A stretch of DNA of 64,000 nucleotides from Azolla caroliniana. Lineage: Eukaryota; Plantae; Polypodiophyta. How positions within the stretch are numbered: the stretch's first letter is position 1; each line of letters opens with the position of its first letter. The DNA lies in assembly GCA_043228905.1 (NCBI GenBank), contig JBHGNT010000004.1, positions 23,002,001-23,066,000 of the forward strand. The letters run 5' to 3'. Below the pieces are notes generated by a model. It did not search any database. It was given only the letters and a program-made list of their open reading frames with translations, and was not told the origin of the DNA. A program made the position numbers and the translations under genes. Positions 1 to 13,200 of the stretch are shown here, in pieces.

Positions 1-34
1 GAAGCTGTCGGGCCTCTATGAGAGGAAGAATGCG

Positions 35-3000
35 TTGAACCGGACCTCCCTGATGAGAAAGATAGTGAACCTCAAGTACCGGGACGGCGAGAGTATGGTG
101 GAACACGTAAGCACGTTCATGGGATTCGTGAACCAGCTTGCGGCGATCAAGTTCCCGTTGGAGGATGCAATGCAAGCCATCATCCTGATGTGTACATTGC
201 CGGACAGCTGGGAGAACTTGGTGGTGACTCTCAGCACCTCCTGCACGGAAGACAACTTGTCCCTACAAACGGTAAAGACAAGTATCCTAAATGAAGAAGC
301 GCGTCGGAGAGATAAAGAACCGGCCTCCGACTCGAAGGCGCTGCTTACCGAATCGGAACGGGGAAGACACTGGAACCGGAGTCCGCAAAGACGGGAGAAG
401 TCGGGGACCCGGTCGCAGTCAAGAGGAAGACCCATCTGCTTCCACTGTGGGAAGCCGGGGCACTTCCGGAAGAATTGTCGGCATTACCGAAAGGACAACG
501 GAGCCGACGACACCGATTCGAAGAAGTCACCGGAGAGAAACGGTGCATACCGGGGAGCCACGGACCGGAGAGGTCCGGATCGGCGAGGGCAGGACCGGAA
601 AGGAACGACGGCACTCGCGGCAAGTGAAGAAGAGATAATGCTCATTACCGAAGAGAGGGAGCTGAACCTTGCCGGCGTAGAGATGACCTGGGTGGTCGAT
701 TCCGGAGCGTCGTTCCACCTGACCCCGGAGAAGAAATACTTCTCATCCTACACAGCCGGCGAGCATGGCTGTGTTCGGATGGGAAATGAAGGTACGTGCC
801 GGATAGCCGGCATCGGAGACGTGTGGTTGACAACCTCGACCGGATGCAAAATGCTGCTGAAGGATGTTCGACACGTTCCGGAGGTTCGATTGAACCTGAT
901 TTCGGCCGGGAGGCTAGACGATGAAGGCTACACAGGTAGCATCCGGAACGGCGTAATGAAGTTCAGCAAGGGGAGCCTGATAGTGGCTCGGGCCCGGAAA
1001 GTCAACACACTGTACCTGATGAATGCCCGGTTATGTCCGGAAGAGCTGAATGTGGCAGCCGACACTGTCGGTGAGCTGTGGCACAAAAGACTGTGCCACA
1101 TGAGTGAGAAGGGGATGAAGAGGCTTGCAGAAGACAACCTTATTCCAGTGAAGCATGTGCACCTGGAGAAGTGCACCGACTGCCTGGCCGGTAAGCAGAA
1201 CTGAACCTCCTTCCACTCAAGGCCACCGACGAGACGTAGCGCACCATTGGAGTTGGTGCACACCGACGTGTGTCAGGTAGAAACGAAGTCACATGGCGGA
1301 GCCCAGTACTTCGTAACATTCATAGATGATCACAGCCGAAGACTGTGGACGGCACTGTTGAAGACAAAGGACCAAGTGTTGTCCGTCTTCAAAGAACTCC
1401 ACGCGAGAGTGGAAAGGGAATCCGGCAAGAAGCTGAAAGCCATACGAGCGGATAACGGAGGGGAATACCGAGGGCAGTTCCAGGAGTACTGTCGCTCGAA
1501 GGGAATCCGACTCGAGTTTACTGTGCCGAAGACGCCGGAACTGAACGGGCTGGCCGAGAGGATGAACCGGACCATAATGGAGAGGGTCCGGAGTATGCTG
1601 GCACATGCGAAACTACCCAAGGGGTTTTGGGCTGAGGCAATGTCGACGGCGACGTACGTGATAAATAGATCACCCTCAGTACCTTTGGACGGAGACACGC
1701 CACAGAAAGTGTGGACCGGTAAGGAAGTGTCCTACCGGCATCTGAAGGTGTTCGGGTGTCTCGCATACGTGCATGTGGCAAAGGACCGGAGAGGAAAGCT
1801 AGATCCGAAGACCCGGCCATGCATATTCCTCGGTTACGGCGACGACGAGTTCGGCTACCGAGTATGGGACCCGGTCGACAAGAAGATATTCAGGAGTCGA
1901 GACATCATCTTCATGGAGGACAAGACGCTCGCCGACTGGGAGTCGGAGAAGAAGATGAAGAGCTCCAAGTCGACCGGTGAGGATAAACTCTACGAGGAGC
2001 AGTCCCGACCGGCAAGGGACCGGTTAACACTCGAAGACCCGGCCGAAGACGGTGAAGAAACAGAACCGGCCGAAGAAGATGAAAATGATACCGGAACCGG
2101 CCCCGATCCCGAAATGGATTCGGATGAAGAAGAAGAATCGGAAGAACCGGTTACCGAAGCTCCCGAACGGAGATATCCTCTAAGAGAGAGAAGGGCCCCC
2201 CGGAGATTTCCGGAACCAGAGCACGTGCTGCTAACCGACGAGGGGGAGCCAGAGAGCTTTGAAGAAGCAAAGCACGACACCCAGAGCCGCAGGTGGTTAA
2301 GTGCCATGCAGGAGGAGATGGATTCCCTGCATGAGAACCACACATATGAACTTGTGGAGTTGCCGAAAGGAAAGCGGGCACTTCGAAACAAGTGGGTGTT
2401 CAAGCTGAAACCGGGAGATGCCGGAAACCCCCCGAGATACAAAGCCAGGATCGTGGTGAAGGGGTTTCAGCAGAAGAAGGGCGTCGACTTCGACGAGATA
2501 TTTGCCCCGGTAGTGAAGATGACCTCCATCCGGACGGTGCTGAGCATAGCGGCAAGCATGGACCTCGAGGTAGAACAGATGGACGTGAAGACGGCATTCC
2601 TTCACGGTGACCTCGAAGAAGAGATCTACATGCAGCAACCGGAAGGATTCGAGAAGAAAGGGAAGGAGCACCTGGTATGCCGGTTGAAGAAGAGCCTTTA
2701 CGGACTGAAGCAGGCTCCCCGGCAATGGTACCGGAAGTTCGACTCCTTCATGACCGACGAAGGGTACCTCAAAACGCAGTCCGACCACTGCGTGTTTGTG
2801 AAGAAGTTCGAAGGAGGAGACTCTCTAATACTCCTCCTGTACGTGGACGACATGTTGATCGTCGGACGGGACCAGGTCAAGATACGGATGCTGAAGAAGG
2901 CTCTTCACCGAACCTTCTCAATGAAGGACCTGGGTCCGGCGAGGCAAATATTAGGGATGCACATCATCCGGGACCGGAAGAAGAAGCAGTTGTGGCTGTC

Positions 3001-3817
3001 ACAGGAGAAGTACGTGACGAAGGTGCTTCACCGGTTCAACATGTCGGAAGCAAGACCAGTCGGATCGACCCTCCCGACAAACTGCAAGCTGTCCAGCAAG
3101 CAAAGTCCCAAGACAAAGGCTGAAAAGAAGGATATGATGAAAGTGCCGTATGCCTCAGCCGTCGGGAGCTTGATGTACGCCATGGTGTGTACGAGACCGG
3201 ACATCGGATATGCAGTCGGAGTTGTGAGCCGGTACATGAGCAATCCCGGCAAAGAGCATTGGAACGCGGCCAAGTGGATACTCCGATACCTGAAGGGCAC
3301 GGCAAACGTGTGCCTCCGATTCGGCTCCGGTAAGCCCGAACTCGACGGCTTCACCGATTCGGATATGTCGGCTGATGCAGATACCAGCCGGTCCACATCA
3401 GGGTATGTGATGACGTATGCAGGGGGAGCCGTTTCGTGGCAGTCGAGGCTGCAGAAGACGGTTGCGTTGTCAACCACGGAGGCGGAGTACATGGCAGCTG
3501 TAGAAGCCGGCAAGGAAATAATATGGATGAAGGACTTCATTAGAGAGCTCGGTATCCAACAGGAGGAGTACCGACTCTACTGCGACAGTCAGAGTGCCAT
3601 CCACCTTGCGAAGAACGCGGCCTACCATTCCCGGACGAAACACATCCAGCGGAGATACCACTGGATCCGGGAGAGGATAGAAGACGAGGAGTTCGTGCTG
3701 ACGAAGATCCACACTGACGAGAACGGGTCGGATATGCTGACCAAGGTGCTCACACCCGACAAGCTGGAAGCATGCCGGAAGAGGATCGGATTGGAGAGAC
3801 ATCCCATGCCGAAGTGA
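35..3817 (+). pseudogene. Copia-1 gag-pol polyprotein with one in-frame nonsense codon (TGA 1202-1204)
   Basis: ORFs 35..1204 and 1247..3817 share a frame; the related copy near 51.8 kb reads KQSRTSF where this reads KQN*TSF (CGA->TGA). Confidence 0.92.
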
Positions 3818-3827
3818 AGGGGGAGTT

Positions 3828-4409
3828 TGTTGGGATTACGGTCCCTCCGGATGGGATGTCCGGAGATGAATGACGGCAAGCCCGGTTGCGGTTACGGAAC
3901 CGGATGAAGAGTACCCGGCATGAAGCCGGATGAAGAGTACCCGGATACGGATCCGGATGATGAAGACCCCGGCTACGGAGCCGGATGACGAATGTACCCG
4001 GAGAGAGAGATCCGGATGCAGGGCTATATTTGTAAATATCCCGAAAGTCATATATGTATAAATATGACTTAGGGCAAACAGTTTTATGAGGTTGTTGCTT
4101 AATTTTCATGCGAGGTGAGAGCAGCCGAGAGAGAGAGAGAGAGACGAAGAGGTCGTTGCCTCTGTGTATTGCCGCCGCCTGTGGCGAAGACAGTGAGCTC
4201 AAGGTTGTTGCCTTGTAGCTTCACCAGTGTACATCCCTGTTCATAGTGATAGTTGGAGTTTGAGGACTCCCGTGGTTTTTTCCCATTTAGGGTTTTCCAC
4301 GTAAAACATCCAGTGTACCTTTCTCTCTATTGTCTTTCGTGCATTGTTGTATTTCCCGTTTTCTGTGAATCGATCCTGTTCCTCGGTTGTGGCCGAGCAC
4401 GGAATTTCA
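3828..4409 (+). repeat. 3' LTR of Copia-1
   Basis: Starts TGTTGG after PPT; CCGGATGA repeats, TATAAAT box, (GA)n, and the CTCGGTTGTGGCCGAG motif shared with LTRs at 48.5, 53.2 and 60.6 kb; the CA end at 4409 is inferred. Confidence 0.85.
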
Positions 4410-4959
4410 ATATCCTTGAGATATATGGCATGAAAGATTCTTGTGGATCAAGTTGGAAACTTCTTGTACAAGTATTCATGTCACCAAAGACAATAACTTC
4501 CCCTTTGGATTTGAAATAAGCAATATCATCTTCTAGATTTGCAAAACGTTGATCTTTATCCAAACAAGCATAGAAGTTAGAATCTTGATGAGGAATGTAA
4601 CATCCAACGACAAAAGTGGGCAAATCATTAGGTGTTTCTATTTTGAGCCATATGTAGCATTTTTGTTCATCATTTTTTACGATTGACACATATTTCTCTA
4701 TTTCCTTCTTAATCAAACATGTCACCCCTCCTTGTCCTCTTCTTTGTCTTGGATTTTTCTCCCATATCAAAGAGTGTACATTATAGTTTCCTAAACCTTG
4801 AATCCTTTGAGTATCATGCTCCCATGTTTCCACAAGAAGTGTGATATCCGATTCATCAATTAACTCCTCTATGTCGAATCCCGCATTCCATGGGTATCCA
4901 TTGCAATTCTAAAAACATAGTCGTAAAAGACGTGGTTTAGTCTCATAGGTCACGTGTCC
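4410..4959 (-). pseudogene. LINE ORF2 N-terminal apurinic-like endonuclease fragment
   Basis: LCF*NCNG (WN motif with TGG->TAG), LLVETW, GGVTCLIK, GCYIPH, VFGDMN motifs. Confidence 0.88.
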
Positions 4960-5233
4960 CTATTTGCCTACATTTCCATCTTTAAGCACATCCTTAACCT
5001 TATTTTTCAATCTTTCTTCATATGCTTTACAATGGGCATTTTGTTGTGAGATAGTACGATCTTCACTCACAAAGCATTGCGTACCTTTGAGGTATACCCA
5101 ACTATTTTCGAGTATGATCCACCGCTTTGTATCATCCGTCATTGTGCATACAATGGGCCTTTCTCATAAGCGAGTAACACCATGTTTCCCAACTCGGTGT
5201 GCCCCATATACATTCACATCCGACATCCATAAT
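4960..5233 (-). pseudogene. LINE ORF1 C-terminal part
   Basis: AHRVGK...RPIVCTM...LKGTQCFVSEDRT resembles the RRM/CTD of LINE ORF1; one internal TGA at 5164-5166. Confidence 0.8.
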
Positions 5234-5632
5234 TGTTGAGAGACAAGCTCAACATTGGCCGGATCGGCTGAAGAAGCCGAGGACCGGATCGGTTGGGACC
5301 GATCGGTTAGGCCGAGTGCGTAAACCGGGAGGCCATTAGGAAAGATATTCCGTGAGGAATATATTTGGGAGTTAGTGTAGGAGCTCTTAATGAGCATTGA
5401 AGTACTGTTAGTACTTCTGTCGGTCCTTCTAGGACTTGTATAAAAGTGTTCATGGAACACACATATGTATAGAGTGTGGTGAATAGAGATTTTAATATAG
5501 TTCTTGTGTTTTCTCTCTCTCACTCTCTCTGTCTCTCCCATGTATACTGCGTAAGCTCAAGCTCTCCATTAAACCTGAGTGTTCTTCCTTCTGTTCTGTC
5601 TTCATACTTGCTTCCGCACGCTACTTTCTACA
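5234..5632 (+). repeat. 5' LTR of Copia-2
   Basis: TG...CA; about 8 substitutions and a 5-bp indel versus 17878-18271 by eye. Confidence 0.95.
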
Positions 5633-5644
5633 TGGTATCAGAGC
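5633..5644 (+). promoter_or_regulatory. Primer binding site (initiator tRNA-Met)
   Basis: TGGTATCAGAGC directly after LTR. Confidence 0.93.
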
Positions 5645-5704
5645 GCGAGGGTTGAGAACCTCTCTGCAGCCGACAGAGCTTGACGAAGAAGAACGAGAAG
5701 AACG

Positions 5705-8700
5705 ATGGATAGAGGCATGGCGAGCTTGCTTCCAACAGAGAAGCTCGACAGAACCAACTACGCGTCTTGGTCCTACAAGATGCACCAATACTTGCTCGGG
5801 CACGGCTACTGGAGTTATGTCGAAGGAGCTAATAACGCGGCACCCGAATCGACACACAGAGACTTCCCGTCGTGGGAGCAATCGGCGAGCAGGGTATTAT
5901 ACTGCTTCGCGTCGTGTGTGGGCGAACAACTATTGAGCTATGTTCGGGATGCAAAGACGCCGAAGGGTGCGTGGGAAAATCTGAAGAAGATTTTTGCCGC
6001 GAGCACCACAGCTAGGAAGCTTCAGCTCCGACAGGAGTTGAGCAACCTACGACAACGCGACTTGTCGGTGGCAGACTATACCTCGAAGATCAAGGATATC
6101 TGCGACTCCCTCGCCTCCATAGAGGTGAACATCGAGGAGAGTGAGATGGTCCAAATCTGTCTCGGAGGTTTGGCGTCGAAGTTCGGAGCGTTCCGAACGG
6201 CTGTGTGTATCCGGGAGAATACGCCGTCCTTTTTCGACTTACAGTCAATGCTCCTGGTAGAGGAGAACCACGCGGGTGTGTCTACAAGCACGCACGCCGA
6301 CGGCAGAATGCTGTACACGGAGGGAGATAGGTCCCGTGGACGTGGAGGATGAGGCGAGTCGGCGTGCAATGGAGGCGGCCGACATGATCAAGGAAGAAGG
6401 CACCGAAGTGATGCCGACAGCAACTCCGGACCCTCCGGAAACAGGGGGAGTCGAAGCGATGAGAACCGGCAAGGGAAGGCCATCGCAGAGTGTTGGTACC
6501 GTGGCAAGAAAGGCCACAGGGAAAGTGAGTGCTGGAAGAAGCGCGCCGATTCGGAGAGAACCGGTTCCGGAAACGGCTCCGGACATACCGACAAGGGAAA
6601 TCGGCAGCGATCGCACTACGCCGAAGACTCCGGGAGAGCCGGAGAAGGGTCTGCTTTCGTGACGAGACACGAAGCAAACTCAATGAAACAGAGCACCCCG
6701 AGATCGGACGAGGTGTGGTACGTAGACTTCGGCACGTCAAACCACATGACGAGCCATAAGGAGTGGTTCTCGTACCTTGAAAAACCGATACAACCTGGAG
6801 TAGTCGCAACTGGAGACGACACTCCGCATCCGATCGCGAATGTCGGAGAAGTTCCCCTTAGCCATGTCGGGCAGAAAGGGAAACTCATGAACGTGCTGCA
6901 CGTTCCGACAATCACGAAAAACTTGGTCTCGGTCGGACAGATCGTCGACCAAGGGATGGAGGTTCGGTTTACACACCTCGGGTGCTTCATTGAGGAAGAA
7001 GGCCGTGTGATTGCGCAAGGGCGCAGAGACGGGAGGATGTTCATCCTCGACTCCACTGACGGCGGCACCGCAATGTTCGCGAAGAGAAGAAAAACCGAGT
7101 CGGACATCGACTTGTGGCACAAGTGGATAGGCCACGTCAACTACCAGCGGCTTCAAGATCTGCAATCGAAACAGGTAGTGTTCGGATTGCCCAAATTTAG
7201 TGGCCGAAAGGCACAAATTTGTGAAGCCTGCCAGCGCGGGAAGCAACACAGACTTCCTTTCCCCAATGAGCAAAACCGGAGCCGGAATAAGCTCGACCTT
7301 ACACACTCCGATGTATGGGGGCCGGCACAAAACGTTAGTCTTGGCGAGAGCCGATATTTCGTCTCCTTCATCGACGACCATACGCGGCATACGTGGATCT
7401 ACCTCATTGAGAGGAAGAGCGAAGTCTTCGACTGTTTCCGGGACCTCAAAGGGTTCGTGGAAACGGAAACAGGACGAAAGATCAAGTGCCTGCGGTCGGA
7501 TGGCAGGAAAGAGTACTTTTCTGGTCAATTCAACGGTTATCTACAACAAATGGGAATCCGGCGCGAATTCAGTTGTAGATACACGCCAGAGCAGAATGGC
7601 GTGGCCGAGAGGAAGAATCGGTTCGTTGTGGAAGCGGCACGGGCAATGTTGGAGGAGAAGAGCTTGCCCAAGTTCTACTGGGCCGAGGCGGTAAGGACCG
7701 CAATATACATCCAAAACCGAATCGGAGACAAAGTGTCGTTGCACGAGCTGTATTTCGGAACGAAGCCGAACTTGCGACACTTGAGGGTGTTCAGTAGCAT
7801 TGCGTATGTGCATATACCGAAGGAGAAAAGGAGGAAGCTGGACGCAAAGACCGAGAAATGCATCTTGGTTGGTTACTTGGACGAGCAGAAGGGTTATAAG
7901 TGCTATAACCCTCGCACCAAACAAGCGCGTGTCAGCCGCGACGTTGTGTTTGACGAGTCAGCGTCCTGGTACCTGCCCCCGACTCCGAACCCTGCCCCCA
8001 ATCCGAGCTCTGACGATGAGGTGAGCGAGGCCGAGATGCCTTCAGATGAGCCCGAAATGGAGACCCGCGAAGAGAGTCCGATTTCATTCCGGTTAAGTGG
8101 ACCGATTGGACGACTGAGTCGGTACGACCAGTCCGATGAAGAGCCGGCGAGTAGTGGAGACTCAGCTGTGCATTCTCCACACAGGAAGCCGAGGAGATGG
8201 CTTACGCGCAAAGAGAAAGGGAAGAAGAAGGTGTCGGATTCCGGCATGGATAGGAACGAGTCAGACCGACGCGAGTCCAACTCCGAAGGAACCGGTGACG
8301 GGTCTTTAAAGGTGAAGTCCGCGTCGACCAAGAAGGCCTCGACATCGGCTAATGCGAGATTACGACGATCTACCCGCTAGAAGAATCCTGTTTTGTGGTT
8401 CGGATACAACGAGTACATGGCGCATCATTATGCGTACATGACCCATGTAGCGGAAGTGCATGAGCCGGAGAGCTACGTAGAAGCGGCTAAAGACGCGACT
8501 TGGCGTGCCGCGATGGAGGAAGAGATGCATGCATTGGCGGAGAACGAGACCTGGGACCTGGTTGACGCACCAAGAGGGGTAAAACCGATCGGGTGTAGGT
8601 GGGTGTACAAGGTCAAGTACAACACCGATGGCTCGGTCAACCGGTATAAGGCTTGGCTAGTGGTAAAGGGCTACGCGCAGAAACACGGCATCGACTACGA

Positions 8701-9453
8701 TGAGACGTTTGCGCCGGTCGCGAAAATGACGACCGTACGTGTTTTGCTCGCTGTAGCTGCGGTGAAGGGGTGGCACTTACATCAGATGGATGTAAAGAAT
8801 GTGTTCTTGCAAGGTGACCTTGAGGAACAGGTGTACATGGTACAACCCCCCGGATTTCATTCTGGAACGAACTCCTCGGCAGTATGCTGACTGAAGAAGT
8901 CCCTTTATGGACTGAAGCAAGCCCCGCGTGCTTGGAACGCGAAGATCACGCAACAACTACGTCGGATGGGCTTCGTCACGTCAAAATCGGACTCTTCCCT
9001 GTTCATCCGGAAAGGTCGACTCGGACCGGTTAGTATTTTACTATATGTTGATGACTTGGTCATCACCGACGCCGACCTACGTGAAATCGACCTCGTGAAG
9101 CTCTAGCTTGCGGCATCGTTCGACATGAAGGATCTGGGGGACCTTCATTACTTCCTCGGGATCGAAGTGATCCATACCCCCGAAGGCATATTGATCAGCC
9201 AACATCACTACGTGCTGAGTATGCTCTTCAAATTCGGGATGGCCGACTGTAAGTCAGTCTCGACTCCTCTGGACGGAACCGTCAAGCTTCGTCCCGATAC
9301 GGGAACGGTATGTGACCCGACGAGGTTCCGACAAATTGTCGGAAGCCTCATGTATACTTGACCATCACCCGACCCGACCTCAGTTATCCGGTCGGAGTGA
9401 TCAGTCAATTCATGGCGCGACCTACCGAGGAGCACCTTTAGTGTGCGCAACGT
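5705..9453 (+). pseudogene. Copia-2 gag-PR-INT-RT, multiple nonsense codons
   Basis: In-frame ORF pieces 5705-6352, 6659-8380, 8393-8890, 9125-9361 separated by TGA/TAG; LYVDDL RT motif near 9040-9060. Confidence 0.92.
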
Positions 9454-10282
9454 TGTCGTGCCTTTCGGCTCCGGATCGTTGCGTGAGTCGGGTGGGAACC
9501 ACAGAGGTCTTGGACTAGGAGAAAGAAGTTCGTGAGATAAAGATTAATTATGAATAAATAGCGAAGAGAAAGATAAGAAACTCGTGAATCACACGAGTAT
9601 ACTATATTAATTGGTACTTAGGGTGTTAAGAGAGAAGTAGATGTATAAATCGTGAATCCCACGAATAATTTTTGTATTGATTAATACTTAATCCAAATAA
9701 TCAACAACCCTTTACATATTTCTCTCCTCCTTATATAAGGAAAGAAGAGCTAAGCATGGCTTCATGCTTTTTTTTTACAAAAAGTGTTCATGTCCACTAA
9801 ATGTGCATGTGATGCTTTTTTATTTCCTAAGTATAGGGCTCATGCACGCTAGATGTGCATGAGTTATTTTTAGTGTCTCGTGTTTTTCTTTTTCATATAT
9901 TAAAAAATACACAATTTACCTTTTAATAAAGGTATGCATAAATAAAGGTCTTATACGTATTAAATCTATATTTAAAACACTTAAGATAAGTTAATGTAAT
10001 GGTAAGGTTGGGGTTTGTCAACGTGGAGGTGCAGAGTTCGAATCACGCCTTGCGCAGTAGTGAGTATTTACTTTCCTTTTACATTTATGTCTCTTTATCC
10101 GGCTCTTCCTTGCCGGTATGCCGTTTTCCTCCTTGCCGGTATGCCGTTTTTCCTCCTTGCCGGTATGCCGTTTTCCTCCTTGCCGGTATGCCGTTTTCTT
10201 CCGGTTCTCACCGAGCACTCCATTCTCTATCCGGAGGGACAAAAATATAATTTCCACATAGTGTGCAACCTACACTACGACA
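9454..10282 (-). repeat. 3' LTR of Gypsy-1
   Basis: Direct repeat of 15950-16779; PPT GGAGGGGGCGAG adjacent at 10283-10294; about four 23-bp CCTTGCCGGTATGCCGTTTT units near 10107-10200. Confidence 0.96.
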
Positions 10283-13200
10283 CTCGCCCCCTCCAAACCC
10301 GCACATCCTCCGGTATGTGCCGAAGTTCTTGATTCTTCGTATCCGTCTTCATCCGAAGCTTCCTCCGATTCTCCCCTTATGTCAACTATGAGTTGTAATC
10401 CACTTTCTTCGCTTCCCGCATCATTGTGGTCTTCGTCCGATTGCTCCTCGTTGTCGGCCTCGACTTGGATCACATAAGGTTTGTCGTCGGTCCGCTTCTT
10501 GAAAATCTTCACCTGCTTCCCGGCTATAGGCACTCGAAGTATTGTTCCATCCAACTCGGACAGTCGGTACGTCCCGTTGTCGAAGACCTTCCGAACCTCG
10601 TACGGCCCGAACCACCTTTTCGCGAATTTCCGCATCGTTGTATGTTGATGGTCCAAGCTACTATCATAGACGATCACCCAATCTCCTTCTTCAATCCTCC
10701 TCGGTCGTAGTCGGTGCTTTGTGTCGAACCGGCTTTTGTTCCGGAACCGTGCTTCTTGTTGTCGGCGTGACGCTTCCGCTACATCTTTCGGTCTTCCCTC
10801 CAGTTGTCGTATCCGGACCGCTAGTAGTTCTTCCCGGCTCATCTCTTCCTTCCACGGTAGTATTGTCCATGTCGCGATTGCGGTTTCCGTTGGCATTACC
10901 GGTGCTTGTCCGGTCATGAGTTCTGCCGGCATGTAACCGGTCACGGAGCTATGCGTCGTCCGATCCGCCCATAGTGCATACGGAAGCATTTGTGGCCAAT
11001 CCTTCACCCTTCCGTCGCATGCCTTCGCAAGTGCTTTCACGATCGGACTATGTCCTCGTTCGATCTTCCCGTTGGCCTCTGGATTGTAGGCCGTTGTCAA
11101 CGTTAACCGAACTCCATGTTTGGCGAAGAATCCCCTAGCTTTGTCCGAGTCGAGTTCTCCCCGGTCCGCAATCACTTGTCCTACGCAGCCGTACCTACAA
11201 AACACTTCTTCCAAAAGAAATTGGCACACCGCGGCACACGTTTTCCTCCGAAGCGCTCGACCTTCAACTTGGTTTGTGAGATCTTCTCGAGCTAACACCA
11301 AGTATTTCTTTTGTCCAATCCCGGTCGGCATAGCTACAATGTCGACCATCCACTTGAAGTTGATTGTCGGTGAGAATGTCGGATGCAGCTCATCTCGGTG
11401 TCGGACCCCGGAGTAGACTTGACATTTCTCGCAGCTTTCTGTGAACTCCGCGACATCTTTATACATGTTCTTCCACCAATATCTTTGCTTGATTTTCACA
11501 AAAGTTGCCCATGTTCCTCGATGTCCAGCCCAATCGGATTCGTGGAACTCGGACATTATCCGGTTTCGTTGCTCTTTCGTCCCGACTACTCGAAGTGGTA
11601 TCCCATCCGGTCTTTTCGGCGTCCTCCATATTAAACCGTTTTCCAAGAAGAACTTTTGGACTTGCCTCTTCTTCCTTCGGATCTCGGCTCTCCTTTCTTT
11701 ATCATTGGTTGAATCCTCGACCTCTTGTAGCATCTTCCCGATCATCAAGGTTTCCCCCTCGTATTCTTCTTCCCGGAATTCTCGGATCACGTTCACTCGG
11801 CATATGTGTTCTGACGTGAAGTAGTCTTCGAAAACTTCTTCATTATCTGATTCGGTTATGTCGTCTTCAAACCGCGCCCTCGATAACATGTCCGCTACCG
11901 CGTTGTCCTTCCCCGAGATGTGTCGAACCTCCGGATTAAGTGACTTGACATATGCAATCCACCTTAGCATAGCCACATCCGGTATCGTACAACACCGCAT
12001 CATCCCGAGTATCGGAAGACAATCCGTCTCGATCACCACTTCAGCTCCGATCAAATAATCCCGATCCGATTTTATCGCCGACACGACTCCCCACAATTCT
12101 CTTTTGACTTGTGCATATCCGCGTTGCCTTTCGTTGAGGACCTTTGCTCCAAATCGGATCGGATACCGCGAACCATCCGAGTCGGCTTGATTGATGACCC
12201 ACCCGATACCGGTTGGACTTGTATCAACCGTTACTATGATTGGCCGCTCGTAGCTTGGCTTCTTAAGTGATTCCGCCCTCCATAGTGTCTTCTTGAGCTT
12301 CCTCATGGCTTTAGTGTGTTCCGGTTTCCACTCGAATTTCTTACCTTTCCGCAACAAGTGATAGAGCGGGTCCGCTATATGTGCATAGTGCGGAATCCAT
12401 ATGTGATAGAATGCACACGCACCCAGAAACCTTCGGACTTCCGATGTTGACTCACATACTTCCTTCATAGCTTGAATCGCATCGATCTTTGTTGGTGACG
12501 GTCTTCGGCCGTAGGGTCCACATAGATGTCCGACCACCAATATTTCTTCTTGCCCGAATGCCGATTTCTCCCCGGAAAGTGTTAGGTGCACATCTTCTAG
12601 CTTTCGCAACACTTTCTCGCAATCATGAATATGGTCGACCACGAACTTTCGGCATCCCCGATCATCCATAGTCTCATCTTTTTCTTCCACCGCGCATCCT
12701 TTCATCGGAATGTCATCTAGAAACGGCATCGTTATCTCCGGGATGCAATCTCGAAGCACCTTGTTCATCGCGTTCATCATATGTGCAACCGAGTTTGTCG
12801 CTCCTTGTGGTAGTGTGCACATTCGAACTAGCCCTATTGGTGTCCGCATGGTAGTGATGTCTCGGCTCTCCACGGCTAGTTGGAATTGGTCATACCCCGA
12901 GTATAGGTCCCCGATGGAGTATATCGCACGTCCGGCAAAAGCTTCCGCGAATTCGTCCACTATCGGACCGACTCCCGAGTTCCGGATCGTGACCTTGTTC
13001 ACCGGTTGCAAGTCTTGGATGAATCGGAGTGACCCATTCTTCTTCGGAACCGTAAACCATCGATTTGAGTACGGAGCACTTGATGGCTCTAGAATCCCCA
13101 TCGCCACCTTCTCCTTGAGCAAGTCGATGACTTTCGGAATATGCGCCCGTGGCACCGGAATCGGCTTCAGGTTCCACGGTACATGATCAATCGTGAAAAT

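Larger units (their letters stand above)
1..4409 (+). mobile_element. Ty1/Copia LTR retrotransposon (Copia-1, Tnt1-like), 5' end outside window, inserted into LINE ORF2
   Basis: gag zinc knuckle CFHCGKPGHFRKNC, protease WVVDSGAS, integrase then RT (LLYVDDML) then RNaseH order; PPT GAAGGGGGAG at ~3816-3825 followed by LTR. Confidence 0.95.

Noticed and set aside
1202-1204. Programmed gag/pol boundary in Copia-1
   Set aside because: Lies inside the integrase region; related copies encode Arg
1289-3879. Many antisense and alternate-frame ORFs over pol genes (also 10.4-15.7 kb, 49-52 kb)
   Set aside because: Shadow ORFs of GC-rich coding sequence, not conserved between related copies
9985-10058. 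Functional tRNA gene
   Set aside because: Acceptor, anticodon and T stems do not pair well; kept only as a tRNA-like finding
9999-10332. ORFs within Gypsy-1 LTRs (also 16496-16853)
   Set aside because: Generated by 23-bp tandem repeats; no domain features
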